Positions 30,554 to 40,066 of a stretch of 64,000 nucleotides of DNA are shown here, piece after piece. The notes under the pieces were generated by a model. The model was not told where the DNA came from. It did no database searches and saw only the letters and a list, made by a program, of their open reading frames with translations. Position 1 is the stretch's first letter. The number at the start of each line of letters is the position of its first letter. Source of the stretch: Candidatus Eiseniibacteriota bacterium (GTDB lineage: Bacteria; Eisenbacteria; RBG-16-71-46; CAIMUX01); NCBI GenBank assembly GCA_903844735.1, contig CAIMUX010000087.1, positions 4,738-68,737 of the forward strand, read 5' to 3'. A program made the position numbers and the translations under genes.

Positions 30554-30757
30554 ATGACCCGTTCGCCGCCCGTAGAGTCACAATGGGGATACGACCGCAT
30601 CCTGGGAGCTCTCGCCAACCTCGGGCACAACATCTCGGACACGACGGTCGGCAACATCCTTCGAGAGCACGGCGCCGGTGTGAAAGCGGTCCGCCTACCC
30701 GCTCGTTCGCCCAATCTGAATTCCCACTTGGAGCGGTTCATGAGGAGTTTTCCCTGA
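30554..30757 (+). mobile_element. Internally deleted IS3/IS481-type (rve/DDE) transposase remnant
   Basis: 67 aa ORF. WGYDRILGALANLGHNISDTTVGNILREHG resembles the segment preceding the DDE core (compare PRWGYRRIHALLRREG). It is fused directly to the C-terminal rve motif RLPARSPNLNSHLERFMRSF (compare P.SPq.NG.vERf). No intact catalytic core remains. Confidence 0.5.
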
Positions 30758-31007
30758 CCCTTGGCTCAAGAGCCCCTGTGATCGGCCGGAGCTGGCCTCA
30801 TCGAATCGGCCGAAGTCCCGAATTCTCTGGATCCTAGGCTTCGCTCCAGTATTTTCCCCTTACGGGGTGACCGGTTGGAGCAGCCGGTCACGATGCCGCT
30901 TCTGTTGCTCCATGTAGTGCTCGATGAGCCTTTCCGGATCGTGCGCGCACTCCGCCGAGATTCTCTCGCGGAGAACGCCGAGAAGTGCGCAGTTTCTGGC
31001 GAAGACG

Positions 31008-31095
31008 CGAGAAGCCCCGAGGCATCGCCCCGGGGCTCGCGTTGACTGCCTGGCCGACCAAACCTGGTGGGCCAGCCATAGTGGCTCCCCGGACC
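31008..31095. repeat. Copy B of the hairpin-containing repeat element
   Basis: gagaagccccgaggcatcgccccggggctcgcgttgactgcctggccgaccaaacctggtgggccagccatagtggctccccgg is about 97% identical to 56094-56181 over the first roughly 85 nt. Its 3' end agtggctccccgg matches the tRNA-Asn 3' end region at 57483-57495. Confidence 0.65.
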
Positions 31096-31559
31096 CGCCT
31101 CCATACGAACCGCTCGGCGCGATTCGAGCAAGTGCTCTCAGGCCGCTAACCTAATCCGGGACAGACGATTCGGACAGAGACCATCGAGGGCCGCAGAGAA
31201 CGACCCACCATTGACCAATTCATCTGTTGGCGGGCATCAGTCCCGCCGGAGCTGGGGTTCCTCTGCCTTAGGAGCATCTCTGATCGGCCGCCCCGCGATG
31301 GAAACGAGCGGGGCCGTGGCCTCCGGATCCCCCTGGCCTGGGCAAGTGCGCCCTCTGCTGAAGAAGGAAGCGGACCAAAGTCCACGCGAATGCCTGAACA
31401 TAACCCGCTGCATTTCCGCCAATTCAGCCCGGCCGACTATTGGCACACTACGAGGTAGGTGACCATTCCCTTCGCCATCCAGCCATCCGGAACGAAGGCG
31501 TCCGACGTCCTGTCAGACCACAGGGCAACACGCGCGGGCCCACGCCGCGTGCCCGTGCA

Positions 31560-33545
31560 TCATGGCAGGCGAACCGTGGCCAACTCCCGATCCCCCCGGC
31601 ACGCTGCGCCACCCCACGCGCTGACCTCGCGAAAGTCCCCTGAGGTCCCGCGCGCCCGCCGGTGCTCTATGAGCCGATGAAGCCGGATGCTCCCCTGCTT
31701 GCCCCGACAGCTCCGATCGTAGAGCCCGATGCTGTTCTCGACGTGGACGGAGTCGGGAAGGTCATCGATCAGCCAGCCCTCGGGCAGGACGACATCGGCT
31801 TCGGTCTCCATGCGGGCGGGTGCGCCGAGGAGAGTCTCCCGCGGTGTGGCATCCGGCAGGCAGGTCGGGCTTTCCCAGGTGAGGAAGTCCGGCTGGAGCA
31901 ACAGCAGGTTTCCGACGCGTTGTCCGGGCAGGGGGGCCTCGAACCGGAACCGCCAGGAGATCGAGTCGGCGACTTCCTCCAGGCCGGAGATGGCGAGGTC
32001 GCTGATACGGGCGCCGGGCAGGGACCGCGCGAGTTTCTCCCGGAAGCGGTCTGGCCGCCGCGCGGGTTCGATCCCGTTCAGCCACTCGCGCCAGGCCCAG
32101 GCGGTCGCGCCCGAGAGGAAGCTGGATACCTCGCCGCGCGCGTTCGCGGCGTCGAGTCGCAGCGTGCCCCGGTGCCGGACCGTGTTCTCCGCCGGGCGGT
32201 CTTCGGGAAGCGGCACCAGGTTGGCTACCGCGTCCTTTCCAATCACGAGCGCCCATGCCCCGTCCAGAGCGGTCGGAAGGCGGCCGAACGGGACCGACTT
32301 TGCGGTCGGGTCGAAGTAGAGAATCGAGCCGTCCGGGCGGGCGAGTGCCGTGATGCAGTGATCGAAGAACGGGGACGGTATCTCCCGTCGCACGAAGCCG
32401 CGGCCGCCGGCGCTGGTCAGCACCGGCCAGGCCTGGAACCCCGCGGAGCGGAACAGCGCAACGCAGAGGTGAGCCATGTCCTTGCAGTCGCCGTAGCGCG
32501 CGCGGCGGGTCTCCCCGACGGGGTGGGGTCGGATCTCGCCGTCCTTCAAGTAGACCTGGACGTACCCGACGCTACTACGAACCCAGGTTCCGAGCCGGGC
32601 CGCTCGTTCGTCGGCAGGCACATCGGCCGACGCCAGCTCGTGCACCAGGGCAGCGAATCCGGCCGTGTCGGCCAGCGCCTCTCGGTCGAGCGCTGCGTAC
32701 CAGGAAGCGACGGCGGGCCAGGAATCCAACGCGGGCGCGGGAGTCTCGCCTGGCTCCCGATAGCGCACGAAGAAGGCCGGCGCAGCCTCGGCCGCGGGCG
32801 GAGCGAACGCCGCCTTGTCCTGTTCTGCCGCAATCGGACCCCGCGCCCAGGACTGCCAACCATCTACCCCGGGTGTCGCCGGGGCGTCCGTGAGATCCGA
32901 CATGGCCGACTCGGCCCATGCCGCCTGGCTCGCCCAGCCCGCTGGCAGATGCAGGCGGTAGGTCCATCGAGTCACGGGAAGATCCCCGCGGCCCACCCGA
33001 ATGTCCGTTCGCAGGCCCGGGAAGCGGGTCTCGACCTCTACCAGGAACCCGAAGATGTCGCCGGGAGAGGGGTCCGGGATCTGCACGATGGCGTCGCGGC
33101 AGTCGGAGTAGAGCGCGGAGTTGAGCAGGGTGGTTCGCGTGATCGTGTCGACTTCGCGGGCGACCTTGATGGCGGCGATCTGGCCGCTGGAGGTCATTCC
33201 GCCCGCAGCCGTGCCGCCGTGCCCGACCCATCCGTGCATCGATTCAACGTGTACCCGCGAGTTCTCGGAGAAACGGAAGTAGGCATGTTCCGCGGCGCTG
33301 CCGCGGCGCAAGTGGTAGACGATCCGAATTTCCTCGCGGGATCGACCGTCCGCGTCCACCTCGACCCGGTAGTCCCGGGAGAGCTCCACGAGGTCGGCCT
33401 TGGGGAACGCCGCCTCGCCTTCCGCGATTCCGACGGCGTAAAACCAGTCCGGCAGGTCGCCGGCCTGGGCTGGAACGGCGAAGACGCCTACCGCCAGTGT
33501 GAGGCACGCGTCGCGAAACAGGCGCGCGATCCAAGGACGCCTCAT
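31560..33545 (-). CDS. Secreted DUF3857/transglutaminase-like domain protein (catalytic Cys present)
   Basis: Internal Met gives signal MRRPWIARLFRDACLTLAVGVFAVPAQA. Transglutaminase-like core RYGDCKDMAHLCVALFRSAGFQAWPV with downstream His/Asp context (FFDHCITAL). Paralog of 33677-35737. Confidence 0.6.
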   Translation of the reverse strand: MRRPWIARLFRDACLTLAVGVFAVPAQAGDLPDWFYAVGIAEGEAAFPKADLVELSRDYRVEVDADGRSREEIRIVYHLRRGSAAEHAYFRFSENSRVHVESMHGWVGHGGTAAGGMTSSGQIAAIKVAREVDTITRTTLLNSALYSDCRDAIVQIPDPSPGDIFGFLVEVETRFPGLRTDIRVGRGDLPVTRWTYRLHLPAGWASQAAWAESAMSDLTDAPATPGVDGWQSWARGPIAAEQDKAAFAPPAAEAAPAFFVRYREPGETPAPALDSWPAVASWYAALDREALADTAGFAALVHELASADVPADERAARLGTWVRSSVGYVQVYLKDGEIRPHPVGETRRARYGDCKDMAHLCVALFRSAGFQAWPVLTSAGGRGFVRREIPSPFFDHCITALARPDGSILYFDPTAKSVPFGRLPTALDGAWALVIGKDAVANLVPLPEDRPAENTVRHRGTLRLDAANARGEVSSFLSGATAWAWREWLNGIEPARRPDRFREKLARSLPGARISDLAISGLEEVADSISWRFRFEAPLPGQRVGNLLLLQPDFLTWESPTCLPDATPRETLLGAPARMETEADVVLPEGWLIDDLPDSVHVENSIGLYDRSCRGKQGSIRLHRLIEHRRARGTSGDFREVSAWGGAACRGDRELATVRLP

Positions 33546-33676
33546 CTCGGCGCACGGCATCCCCACTTGCCGAATCCCCGGGTGCGGGTCTTCTGCGCAC
33601 CGCACCCCTGTCGACCTAGCCTCCGCGGGCCCTATCCGCGTGGGGTCGACTCCCGTGCGCCTGATCCCCGCGCGCC

Positions 33677-35737
33677 TCACGGCCCGACCTTCGCCGGCGC
33701 CAGGACCAGCGGCTTGCCGTCGATGTCGCGCACCTCCTGGAACAGCCGCCGCAGCGTGTCGGCCCCCGCCGAGAGGAAGATGTTGTACAAGAGGTCGAGC
33801 TCCCGCTCCCGGACGATCGTCTTCCCGGCGCCGGAACCGGTGCAGCGGAACCGGAAGAACTCCGTCGACAGCGAGTCGGCCGACGACGACGCCAGCGCGT
33901 AGCCGTCGGGGACCGCCAGCTCGACGCGCGAGCGGGTCATTCTCGGGTACTGGAAGTGGATCTGGGATTCCCGCGGCTGGTCGGGAAGGGAGTAATCGTC
34001 CGCTCGAAACGAACCGAGGTTGACGATGGTCCGGCTTCCTGCCGATTGCACCTGGCCGCCCACGCGCAGGCTGCAGGCGTAGACGACGCCGGTGCTGTCT
34101 GCGCCGGCCGATTCGTCCCAGACGCGGAAGGAGGGGCCGATGCCGCCCAGCCGCGCCCTCAGGTAGTCGGCGGCCCCCTGTCCCTGCTGCCGGGTCACCT
34201 CGCGGCGCAGATCGGGGTCGCTTTCACATCGCCAGGTAGCGTGGAGTTGCCCCGAGAGATGGCCCTGTGGCTCCACGCGCAGCGTTGTCACCAGGTCGAC
34301 CCGGTTGTCGCAAGCCTCGGCCATGGGAACGAGTGCGGTCAGGGGGAAACGGACGGCGATCTTCTGGTTGCTCGATCGCTCCAGGATCGCAGTCCCGTCC
34401 TGGGCCATCCAGGGCAACGTCCGGATGGTGCTGCCCTGGAACGAGGGGAATATCCAGCGGATCTTGTTCCCGGAGTCGGCGACCGCCGTGCCGCACAGCG
34501 TCAGTTGGGAGGGATTCTCCCACTGTTTGATAAAGATCCCGTCCTCGCGACTGGGCGCGTGGAACACCGTCGCGGCGTAGCCGAGGCGGCGGAGCATTCC
34601 GGTGTAGAGGGAGGCCAGGCGGTCGTCCGAGCCGCGCCCGGCTTCGAGGACCTTCCTGGCGCTGTCGTAGTTCGGCAGGTCCTCCGGGAGTTCCGCCTCC
34701 GGAAGGTCGCGCAGGTTGCGGACGGTGCGGTGCAGGAGCGCGAGGCAATCCTCGATATCGCGGTCCAGGTCCCGGGGCCGGCCGATGATCTCCTTCATCC
34801 GCGCCTCCAGGCCGCGGTCGTCACGCATGAAGTTGTCGGTCTCCTTGCCCCAATCATCGGCCACCCGCTGCCAGAACGGCGCCAGCGAGTCCTTGCGGGG
34901 GAAGCCGTACCATCCGACGAAGTAGGTCGCAATCTCGCCCTCCGCGGCCAGGTACGGCTCGTCGGGCAGGGCCGAGAGGTTGTACATCGTGATCTGCAGG
35001 TGGTCAGGCGGGGCGTTTTCGGGCAGGGCCTTCGCCTTGACCCCCGTCGCCGGCGGATTGGCGAGCAGGTAGTGCGGCTGGTAGATCAAGTCCCGCAGCA
35101 GTAGCGGGTCGCCCACGATCGCCTCGATCACCGGATACCACCAGGTCAGCTCCGCGCGAACGGTGTAGTGCCGCTGCCGGAACTGAATGCGGGGGATCCC
35201 GCCCCACGCGCGCTCGACGGTGTACCGCCACTCCAGGATGTCGCCGGGGTCAACCGAGGGGAAGGCGAGCGTCTCGGCCTTGAGGACATCCCCGGCCCGC
35301 GAGAGAACCTTCTTCTCCCGGATTTCCCGCTTTTCGACCTCGATGACCCGTCCGTCAGGCTTCATCACGCGCGCCGCCAGCTCCGCGATCCGGCCGGCGA
35401 CAGGCCCCCGGATCTCGATGGTTCGATACGCCTCGATCCCATCGGCATCGAAGACCCGGACCCGGTGGTAGTACGAGTACCGGACCTGTTTTCCCTCGAT
35501 CCCCGGTCGTTCGTCGATCTGCGTCCCATCGAAGATCCGCACGGCGTGCCGGATACCCAAGGCCTCGTTGGCCGGGGCGCTCCAGTCCGTGTCGGTCAAA
35601 GGCAGCCAATCGGAGTAATCGCCATCTCGGGCGAGCGATGCCCGCGGAGCGAGAATGAGCGATGCTGTAGCGACGAGAAGAACCAGGAACGCACGCGGAA
35701 GGAGAGCACGGCGGACGAGGGTCATGATCGCCTCCAT
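33677..35737 (-). CDS. Secreted DUF3857/transglutaminase-like paralog with Ser at the nucleophile position
   Basis: Signal MEAIMTLVRRALLPRAFLVLLVATASLILAPRASLA. The homologous core reads RGSDDRLASLYTGMLRRLGYAATVFHAP, that is GSDD in place of GDCKD. Confidence 0.55.
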   Translation of the reverse strand: MEAIMTLVRRALLPRAFLVLLVATASLILAPRASLARDGDYSDWLPLTDTDWSAPANEALGIRHAVRIFDGTQIDERPGIEGKQVRYSYYHRVRVFDADGIEAYRTIEIRGPVAGRIAELAARVMKPDGRVIEVEKREIREKKVLSRAGDVLKAETLAFPSVDPGDILEWRYTVERAWGGIPRIQFRQRHYTVRAELTWWYPVIEAIVGDPLLLRDLIYQPHYLLANPPATGVKAKALPENAPPDHLQITMYNLSALPDEPYLAAEGEIATYFVGWYGFPRKDSLAPFWQRVADDWGKETDNFMRDDRGLEARMKEIIGRPRDLDRDIEDCLALLHRTVRNLRDLPEAELPEDLPNYDSARKVLEAGRGSDDRLASLYTGMLRRLGYAATVFHAPSREDGIFIKQWENPSQLTLCGTAVADSGNKIRWIFPSFQGSTIRTLPWMAQDGTAILERSSNQKIAVRFPLTALVPMAEACDNRVDLVTTLRVEPQGHLSGQLHATWRCESDPDLRREVTRQQGQGAADYLRARLGGIGPSFRVWDESAGADSTGVVYACSLRVGGQVQSAGSRTIVNLGSFRADDYSLPDQPRESQIHFQYPRMTRSRVELAVPDGYALASSSADSLSTEFFRFRCTGSGAGKTIVRERELDLLYNIFLSAGADTLRRLFQEVRDIDGKPLVLAPAKVGP

Positions 35738-36415
35738 TTCACGGCATGTTCGGATGGACGCGGTTTTGGTGTCCGAAGTGTTTACAGGGCTACCAGGTCA
35801 AGACCGCCCGCACCGAGGCGGTCTCCTGTCCCGCCGTCACCCGGACGAAGTATTCGTATCCCCAGGCCACGACGGTCCCGTCCGACTTGAGGCCCAGAGC
35901 GTGACACTAGCCCGCCGCGACCGCAAGCCGACAAGCATCATGGGGGTTGCCGGAGCAGCACTTACAACGCCTTCCGCTTTGCTGCCGGGTCGATGTCTGG
36001 TGAATCGGTCGCGCGGTGTGTTCACCGCGATGGGTTAGCTTGTACTATGTTGGGGAAATCATGTCAAGCGTCGGGTGAGCCGCCGACCGAGCTCCGCGGC
36101 TTGTCACCCTCCCCGTCCTCGGCGGGATTCATCACGACTATCGCCTCGCGGCGGAGACCTCTGTTCCGTCGCTTCGATCGTGGACTTCTCTGCCGGGACA
36201 AGTACGCCCTGCTCGCACCTCAGCACCGAACAATCCCGTTGAACGAGTCGGCCGCGCCCGACAACGCGAATGAGCAATCCCTTGGAGACTGTTGTTCCGG
36301 GGCGCCTTGGGTGGAAATGTTCGCCGATGGAATAATCGCGGAGCACGGCCTAATCCGCCGTCAGGCTTTGGGCTGTCCCGGGGTCCGCGGTCTGTCCTGC
36401 TCGGTCCTGGCGCCG

Positions 36416-38704
36416 TCAGTCTCCCACCACGGCCACATCGTCCAGGAAGTACCCGATTCCGGCCACCATGGGATCCGAGTGAAACCGGAACCGGACTTGA
36501 ACCCGGTGGCCGGAGAGGGTCCCCAGCGGGATGGAAGCAAGGTGCCAGGCCCTGCTGTCGCCGGTGTACGATTGAAGCGTGGTTTCCTTCCCGTCTTCAT
36601 CGAGAATGGAGATGGACACGTCATCGCACCGCTCGTGCGGGCACTGCTCGAGGGAGAACCAGGACCAGAACTCAAGCCTGGGGTTGGTGCCGGGAACCCG
36701 GAACGAGGGCGAGGTCAGAGACCCGTCCCAGTTTCCGGGGTAGATCGTGTTCATGTCGGTTCCCCAGCAGCGAAGGCCGGAGTGAGCGCCGCCCGGTCCG
36801 ATGCTCGGGATGCCGAGCTCCCAGCCGTTTCCCCGGGACGTCCAGAGATCCGCCTGTTCGAAGTCATCGGTCAATCCGCCCCTGGGAATGACAAAGGGCG
36901 GGCTGTCGTAGCCGGCGGGATCGAAGTTGTCCGAACGATCGGCCAGCGTCCGCCACCGCAGGGCGATTCGGGTCCCGCCCACTTTCTGGTTCGCCTGGAG
37001 ATCCCAGCGTAGGGTGCCGGATCCGCGCCGCGCTCCCCATTCCCACGTTGCCTGGGCCGGATACAGAGGATCGACCCCGGACGGCTGATCCAGAATCCGC
37101 ACCTCGGGACCCGGCTCATCGGCGCGGATGTACTCGCTGAAGAGAACACGGATGCGCATGGGGCGCGGATCCGGTGCGGGGTTCTCCGAGAAGTCGGTCT
37201 GCTCCATCCGAAGGACCGTCGGCGGGATTTCATCCCGCACCCGTAGAATCGGATGGATCCCGCCGGGCCACGGGGTCGCGGCCTGATGGGGCACGACGCA
37301 GAACCTGATCTCGATTCCCGCCAGAGGTGTCGCGAGAGTGTCGTCCACGAAGCGATCAAAGCTGAGGGGGAGGACGACCGAGGCGTTCAACCTTCCCAAG
37401 GCCGGGTCGGATGGCTCTCTGTGCAACCAGATCCAGTCGGGGTGGCGGTCATCGTCACAAACGTAGATCTCGTAACCGCCGGCTCCGGTCACGGACGACC
37501 ACTCCAACGCGAATTCGCGGGTATCAAAGTCGGCTCGGGCGGGTCCGGTCAGGCGCAGATCTTGGACCGATTCGGTGCAGGGGCCGGGCTGTGATCCCGA
37601 TGCGCACGCACCGGGGACGCTCCACGTGAGGTCCCGCCACAGCCTCCACCGGCGGCCCCCGCCGCCGACCAGTTGCAGCTCGAGTTTCATGGCTGTGCCC
37701 GGCTCTGGGAGCGGCCGAATCGGGAGTAGCTCTAGGGCCGAGGTCGAACTCCAACGGGCGGCCAGGGGCGTGTCGTACGCCCCTCCATCCGTCAGTGACA
37801 TCGAGCTGCCGTTCGCGGCGCTGGTGTCCATGGGGGACGAGAAGAGAAAACGGAGCGAGCAGGAAGTCACCTTTGGAATGTCGTGGAATGCTCCCTCCGG
37901 GATGTTCGTTTCAACCAGGCCCGGCTCGTCCGCGAGAGCGCCCGTCAAGGTGACCCGCGTGGTGGCACCGACCACCAGAGCTCCCGTCCAGGAAGGGAAG
38001 GAAACCGGGCCGCGGGGCCCGTCTTGCTCCGCGTCCCGGGGCGCCACGGTCAGCTCTACCAGCGCCGGGGGGAGATGGCGCAGTTCCACGCGTCCGGCCG
38101 AATCGGTCCAAGCCGTTCCCGGGAGACCGTCGGTCACCAGCTCGTGGCCGCTGAAGAGTCCCACCGGCCGGCTCGGGTCGAACCCCTTCCAGTTGAGTCT
38201 CACCCGCCGGCCGACAGCGGCAAACGCCGAATCGCCTCGAAGCGGATTCACCTCCAGGACCTGAAGATCGAGCGCGGCCTGAGCTTCGAGCAGGTGCACC
38301 GCAAGCGAGATCTCTCCTTGCCAGGCGGAGGTGTCCAACTCCGCCCCCAGGGAGGAGTCCGGCCGTGTGACCGGGAATGTGTACAAGACTCCCGCGTGGC
38401 CGGCGGCCGAGATCTGCGTGACGTATCGGCCCCGGGGTAGGCCCCGAAAGAGCACCAGGCCCCGGGCATCCGTGGTCTCCTGCCTGGCCGGCTCGATCAG
38501 ACGACACGCGGCGCGCTCGATCTCGCGCCCGGCCGGCCAGGACACCACCCGGACGGCCACGTCGGCGCTGGACGCCGGGAGGGGCTTGGTGATGTCGCGC
38601 GTGATCTCCTTCGAGCACCCAAGGGCCACCAAGAGACAGAGCGGGAGCAGGGCTGGGAACCGAAGGAGCGGGCGACGGGCGTCCCTGGTTCGGCGGGAGC
38701 TCAT
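36416..38704 (-). CDS. Large lipoprotein with carboxypeptidase-regulatory-like/Ig-like repeats and C-terminal MAM/lectin-like (choice-of-anchor-J-like) domain
   Basis: Internal Met gives lipoprotein signal MSSRRTRDARRPLLRFPALLPLCLLVALGCSKE (start 38704). The C-terminal roughly 160 aa (W/G-rich, YPGNWDGSLTSPSF...GYFLDDVAVVGD) is jelly-roll lectin-like. The 942-aa ORF extension up to 39244 overlaps the upstream ORF and is rejected. Confidence 0.55.
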   Translation of the reverse strand: MSSRRTRDARRPLLRFPALLPLCLLVALGCSKEITRDITKPLPASSADVAVRVVSWPAGREIERAACRLIEPARQETTDARGLVLFRGLPRGRYVTQISAAGHAGVLYTFPVTRPDSSLGAELDTSAWQGEISLAVHLLEAQAALDLQVLEVNPLRGDSAFAAVGRRVRLNWKGFDPSRPVGLFSGHELVTDGLPGTAWTDSAGRVELRHLPPALVELTVAPRDAEQDGPRGPVSFPSWTGALVVGATTRVTLTGALADEPGLVETNIPEGAFHDIPKVTSCSLRFLFSSPMDTSAANGSSMSLTDGGAYDTPLAARWSSTSALELLPIRPLPEPGTAMKLELQLVGGGGRRWRLWRDLTWSVPGACASGSQPGPCTESVQDLRLTGPARADFDTREFALEWSSVTGAGGYEIYVCDDDRHPDWIWLHREPSDPALGRLNASVVLPLSFDRFVDDTLATPLAGIEIRFCVVPHQAATPWPGGIHPILRVRDEIPPTVLRMEQTDFSENPAPDPRPMRIRVLFSEYIRADEPGPEVRILDQPSGVDPLYPAQATWEWGARRGSGTLRWDLQANQKVGGTRIALRWRTLADRSDNFDPAGYDSPPFVIPRGGLTDDFEQADLWTSRGNGWELGIPSIGPGGAHSGLRCWGTDMNTIYPGNWDGSLTSPSFRVPGTNPRLEFWSWFSLEQCPHERCDDVSISILDEDGKETTLQSYTGDSRAWHLASIPLGTLSGHRVQVRFRFHSDPMVAGIGYFLDDVAVVGD

Positions 38705-38709
38705 GACCT

Positions 38710-39630
38710 TCACGACGACGCCTTCCGCCCTTGATATCTGCGGGGATCGGTGCCGGCCGCGCTTTCTCCGTTCCTGCAGGGCCCCGCCCGGAACACCACC
38801 GAGTCGCACGGCTCGCCCGGCGACCAGAGGAACGGACCCGCGCCCGACGTGAACTCGTCGCCTAGAGACGTGAATAACCGGAGATGCACCCGGCAGCTCA
38901 CCTCCCGGCCTCGGAGGACGGGTGCCGTCACCTCCAGCCTCGAAGGCACGATCCAGCGCGGCCGGACCGGCGTCGGGTCGTTTCCCGGCTGCAAGAGCAG
39001 ATCCACCCTGGTGCGGACCAGGGTCGTGTCCATGTTTCGATTGAACTCCCAAAACAAGGTGCAGCTTCGCAGGGAATCGCCCGGGGCTTCCGGAACATTG
39101 GTGGTGTTCACCCTGATCTCGATTCTGCGTACCTCGATTCGAATACGTACGGTGTCTGCCGCGGACAAGTCCACCCGCAGACTGTCGGTCTGATCCAAGT
39201 CTCCGCGGCCGTCGTGGTCGAGATCCGCCTGGGTGCAGACCCATGCCTGCGCCGCGGGCAGGCTGTCCACCATGATCACCCCATTCTGGTCCGCCGTGCG
39301 CTCGAAGGGCAGTCCGGCGTTGTCGAGGAACTGATCCTCAGAGGCGTCTCTCCGTTGCCACCGGGCAAAGCGGAGGACGGCATGAGGCAGATTCCACCCG
39401 CTCGACCGGTCGATCACTTCGGCCCGAAGGCCCGATCTTCGTTCCGCCAGGCGCACGAGGCGGGTGACAACGAAGGAACCCGAGGTGACGGTCTCCGAAC
39501 CGATTTCGACTCGCAGGCGGGTGGTGGCGTATCCCGGCGCGGCAACAGCAACCTCGCAAAGCCCGCCGCTCAGATTCTTGAAGGAGGCGTTGCCGACAGG
39601 ATCCGTTATCTCCGAGCGGTCCGTACCCAA
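38710..39630 (-). CDS. Carboxypeptidase-regulatory-like domain protein with no canonical start (TTG only); possible pseudogene or frameshift fragment
   Basis: ITDPVGNASFKNLSGGLCEVAVAAPGYATTRLRV resembles the CarboxypepD_reg fold. A TAA stop lies immediately upstream in frame, with no ATG/GTG before the domain and no signal peptide. Confidence 0.3.
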   Translation of the reverse strand: MGTDRSEITDPVGNASFKNLSGGLCEVAVAAPGYATTRLRVEIGSETVTSGSFVVTRLVRLAERRSGLRAEVIDRSSGWNLPHAVLRFARWQRRDASEDQFLDNAGLPFERTADQNGVIMVDSLPAAQAWVCTQADLDHDGRGDLDQTDSLRVDLSAADTVRIRIEVRRIEIRVNTTNVPEAPGDSLRSCTLFWEFNRNMDTTLVRTRVDLLLQPGNDPTPVRPRWIVPSRLEVTAPVLRGREVSCRVHLRLFTSLGDEFTSGAGPFLWSPGEPCDSVVFRAGPCRNGESAAGTDPRRYQGRKASS

Positions 39631-40066
39631 GAGACTGCAGACCGCCCCCGGCTGGTCATGTTAAAGCGAACCGTCCGGCGCCCGCCCGGAAAGCCACACT
39701 GAGGGGCCTGTCCGCGCTCGAGCAACAGTTCCCTGGGACCATGACGACTCCTCTCTCGGCGTTCCGTGGGCCATCTTGGCCGCCGTGCCGGGAAGTCACT
39801 ACTCGACCGTGCGCACGGGAACCCGAATCATCGCCGGAGTGAAGGCCATAGATGGGCATGGTCGGACGACCCGACTCCTGCCTAGCCGCGCGATGCCTGC
39901 CGCTGGCCCCCGTCGGAGCCATGGGCCCGCCGCCTGACACCCGCTTGGGCCATGTTGCCATCGCGGACGGGAATGCGGGTCGCAGACCGCTTCGGGTGAC
40001 CGGGTGAAGGCTGGAGCGGAGAGGTGCAATCCGTCTTGATGGAACTACAAGGAGAGAGGTATCGGC

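Noticed and set aside
30766-31131. 121-aa minus-strand ORF and similar ORFs at 24697-25058 and 55901-56383 with related peptide sequences
   Set aside because: The similarity comes from translation through the three copies of the non-coding repeat element, not from a conserved protein. No starts or RBS are present.
35760-35790. Hairpin AGACCGCC-N8-GGCGGTCT as a terminator
   Set aside because: No U-tract on either strand. It lies upstream, not downstream, of the nearest minus-strand gene start.
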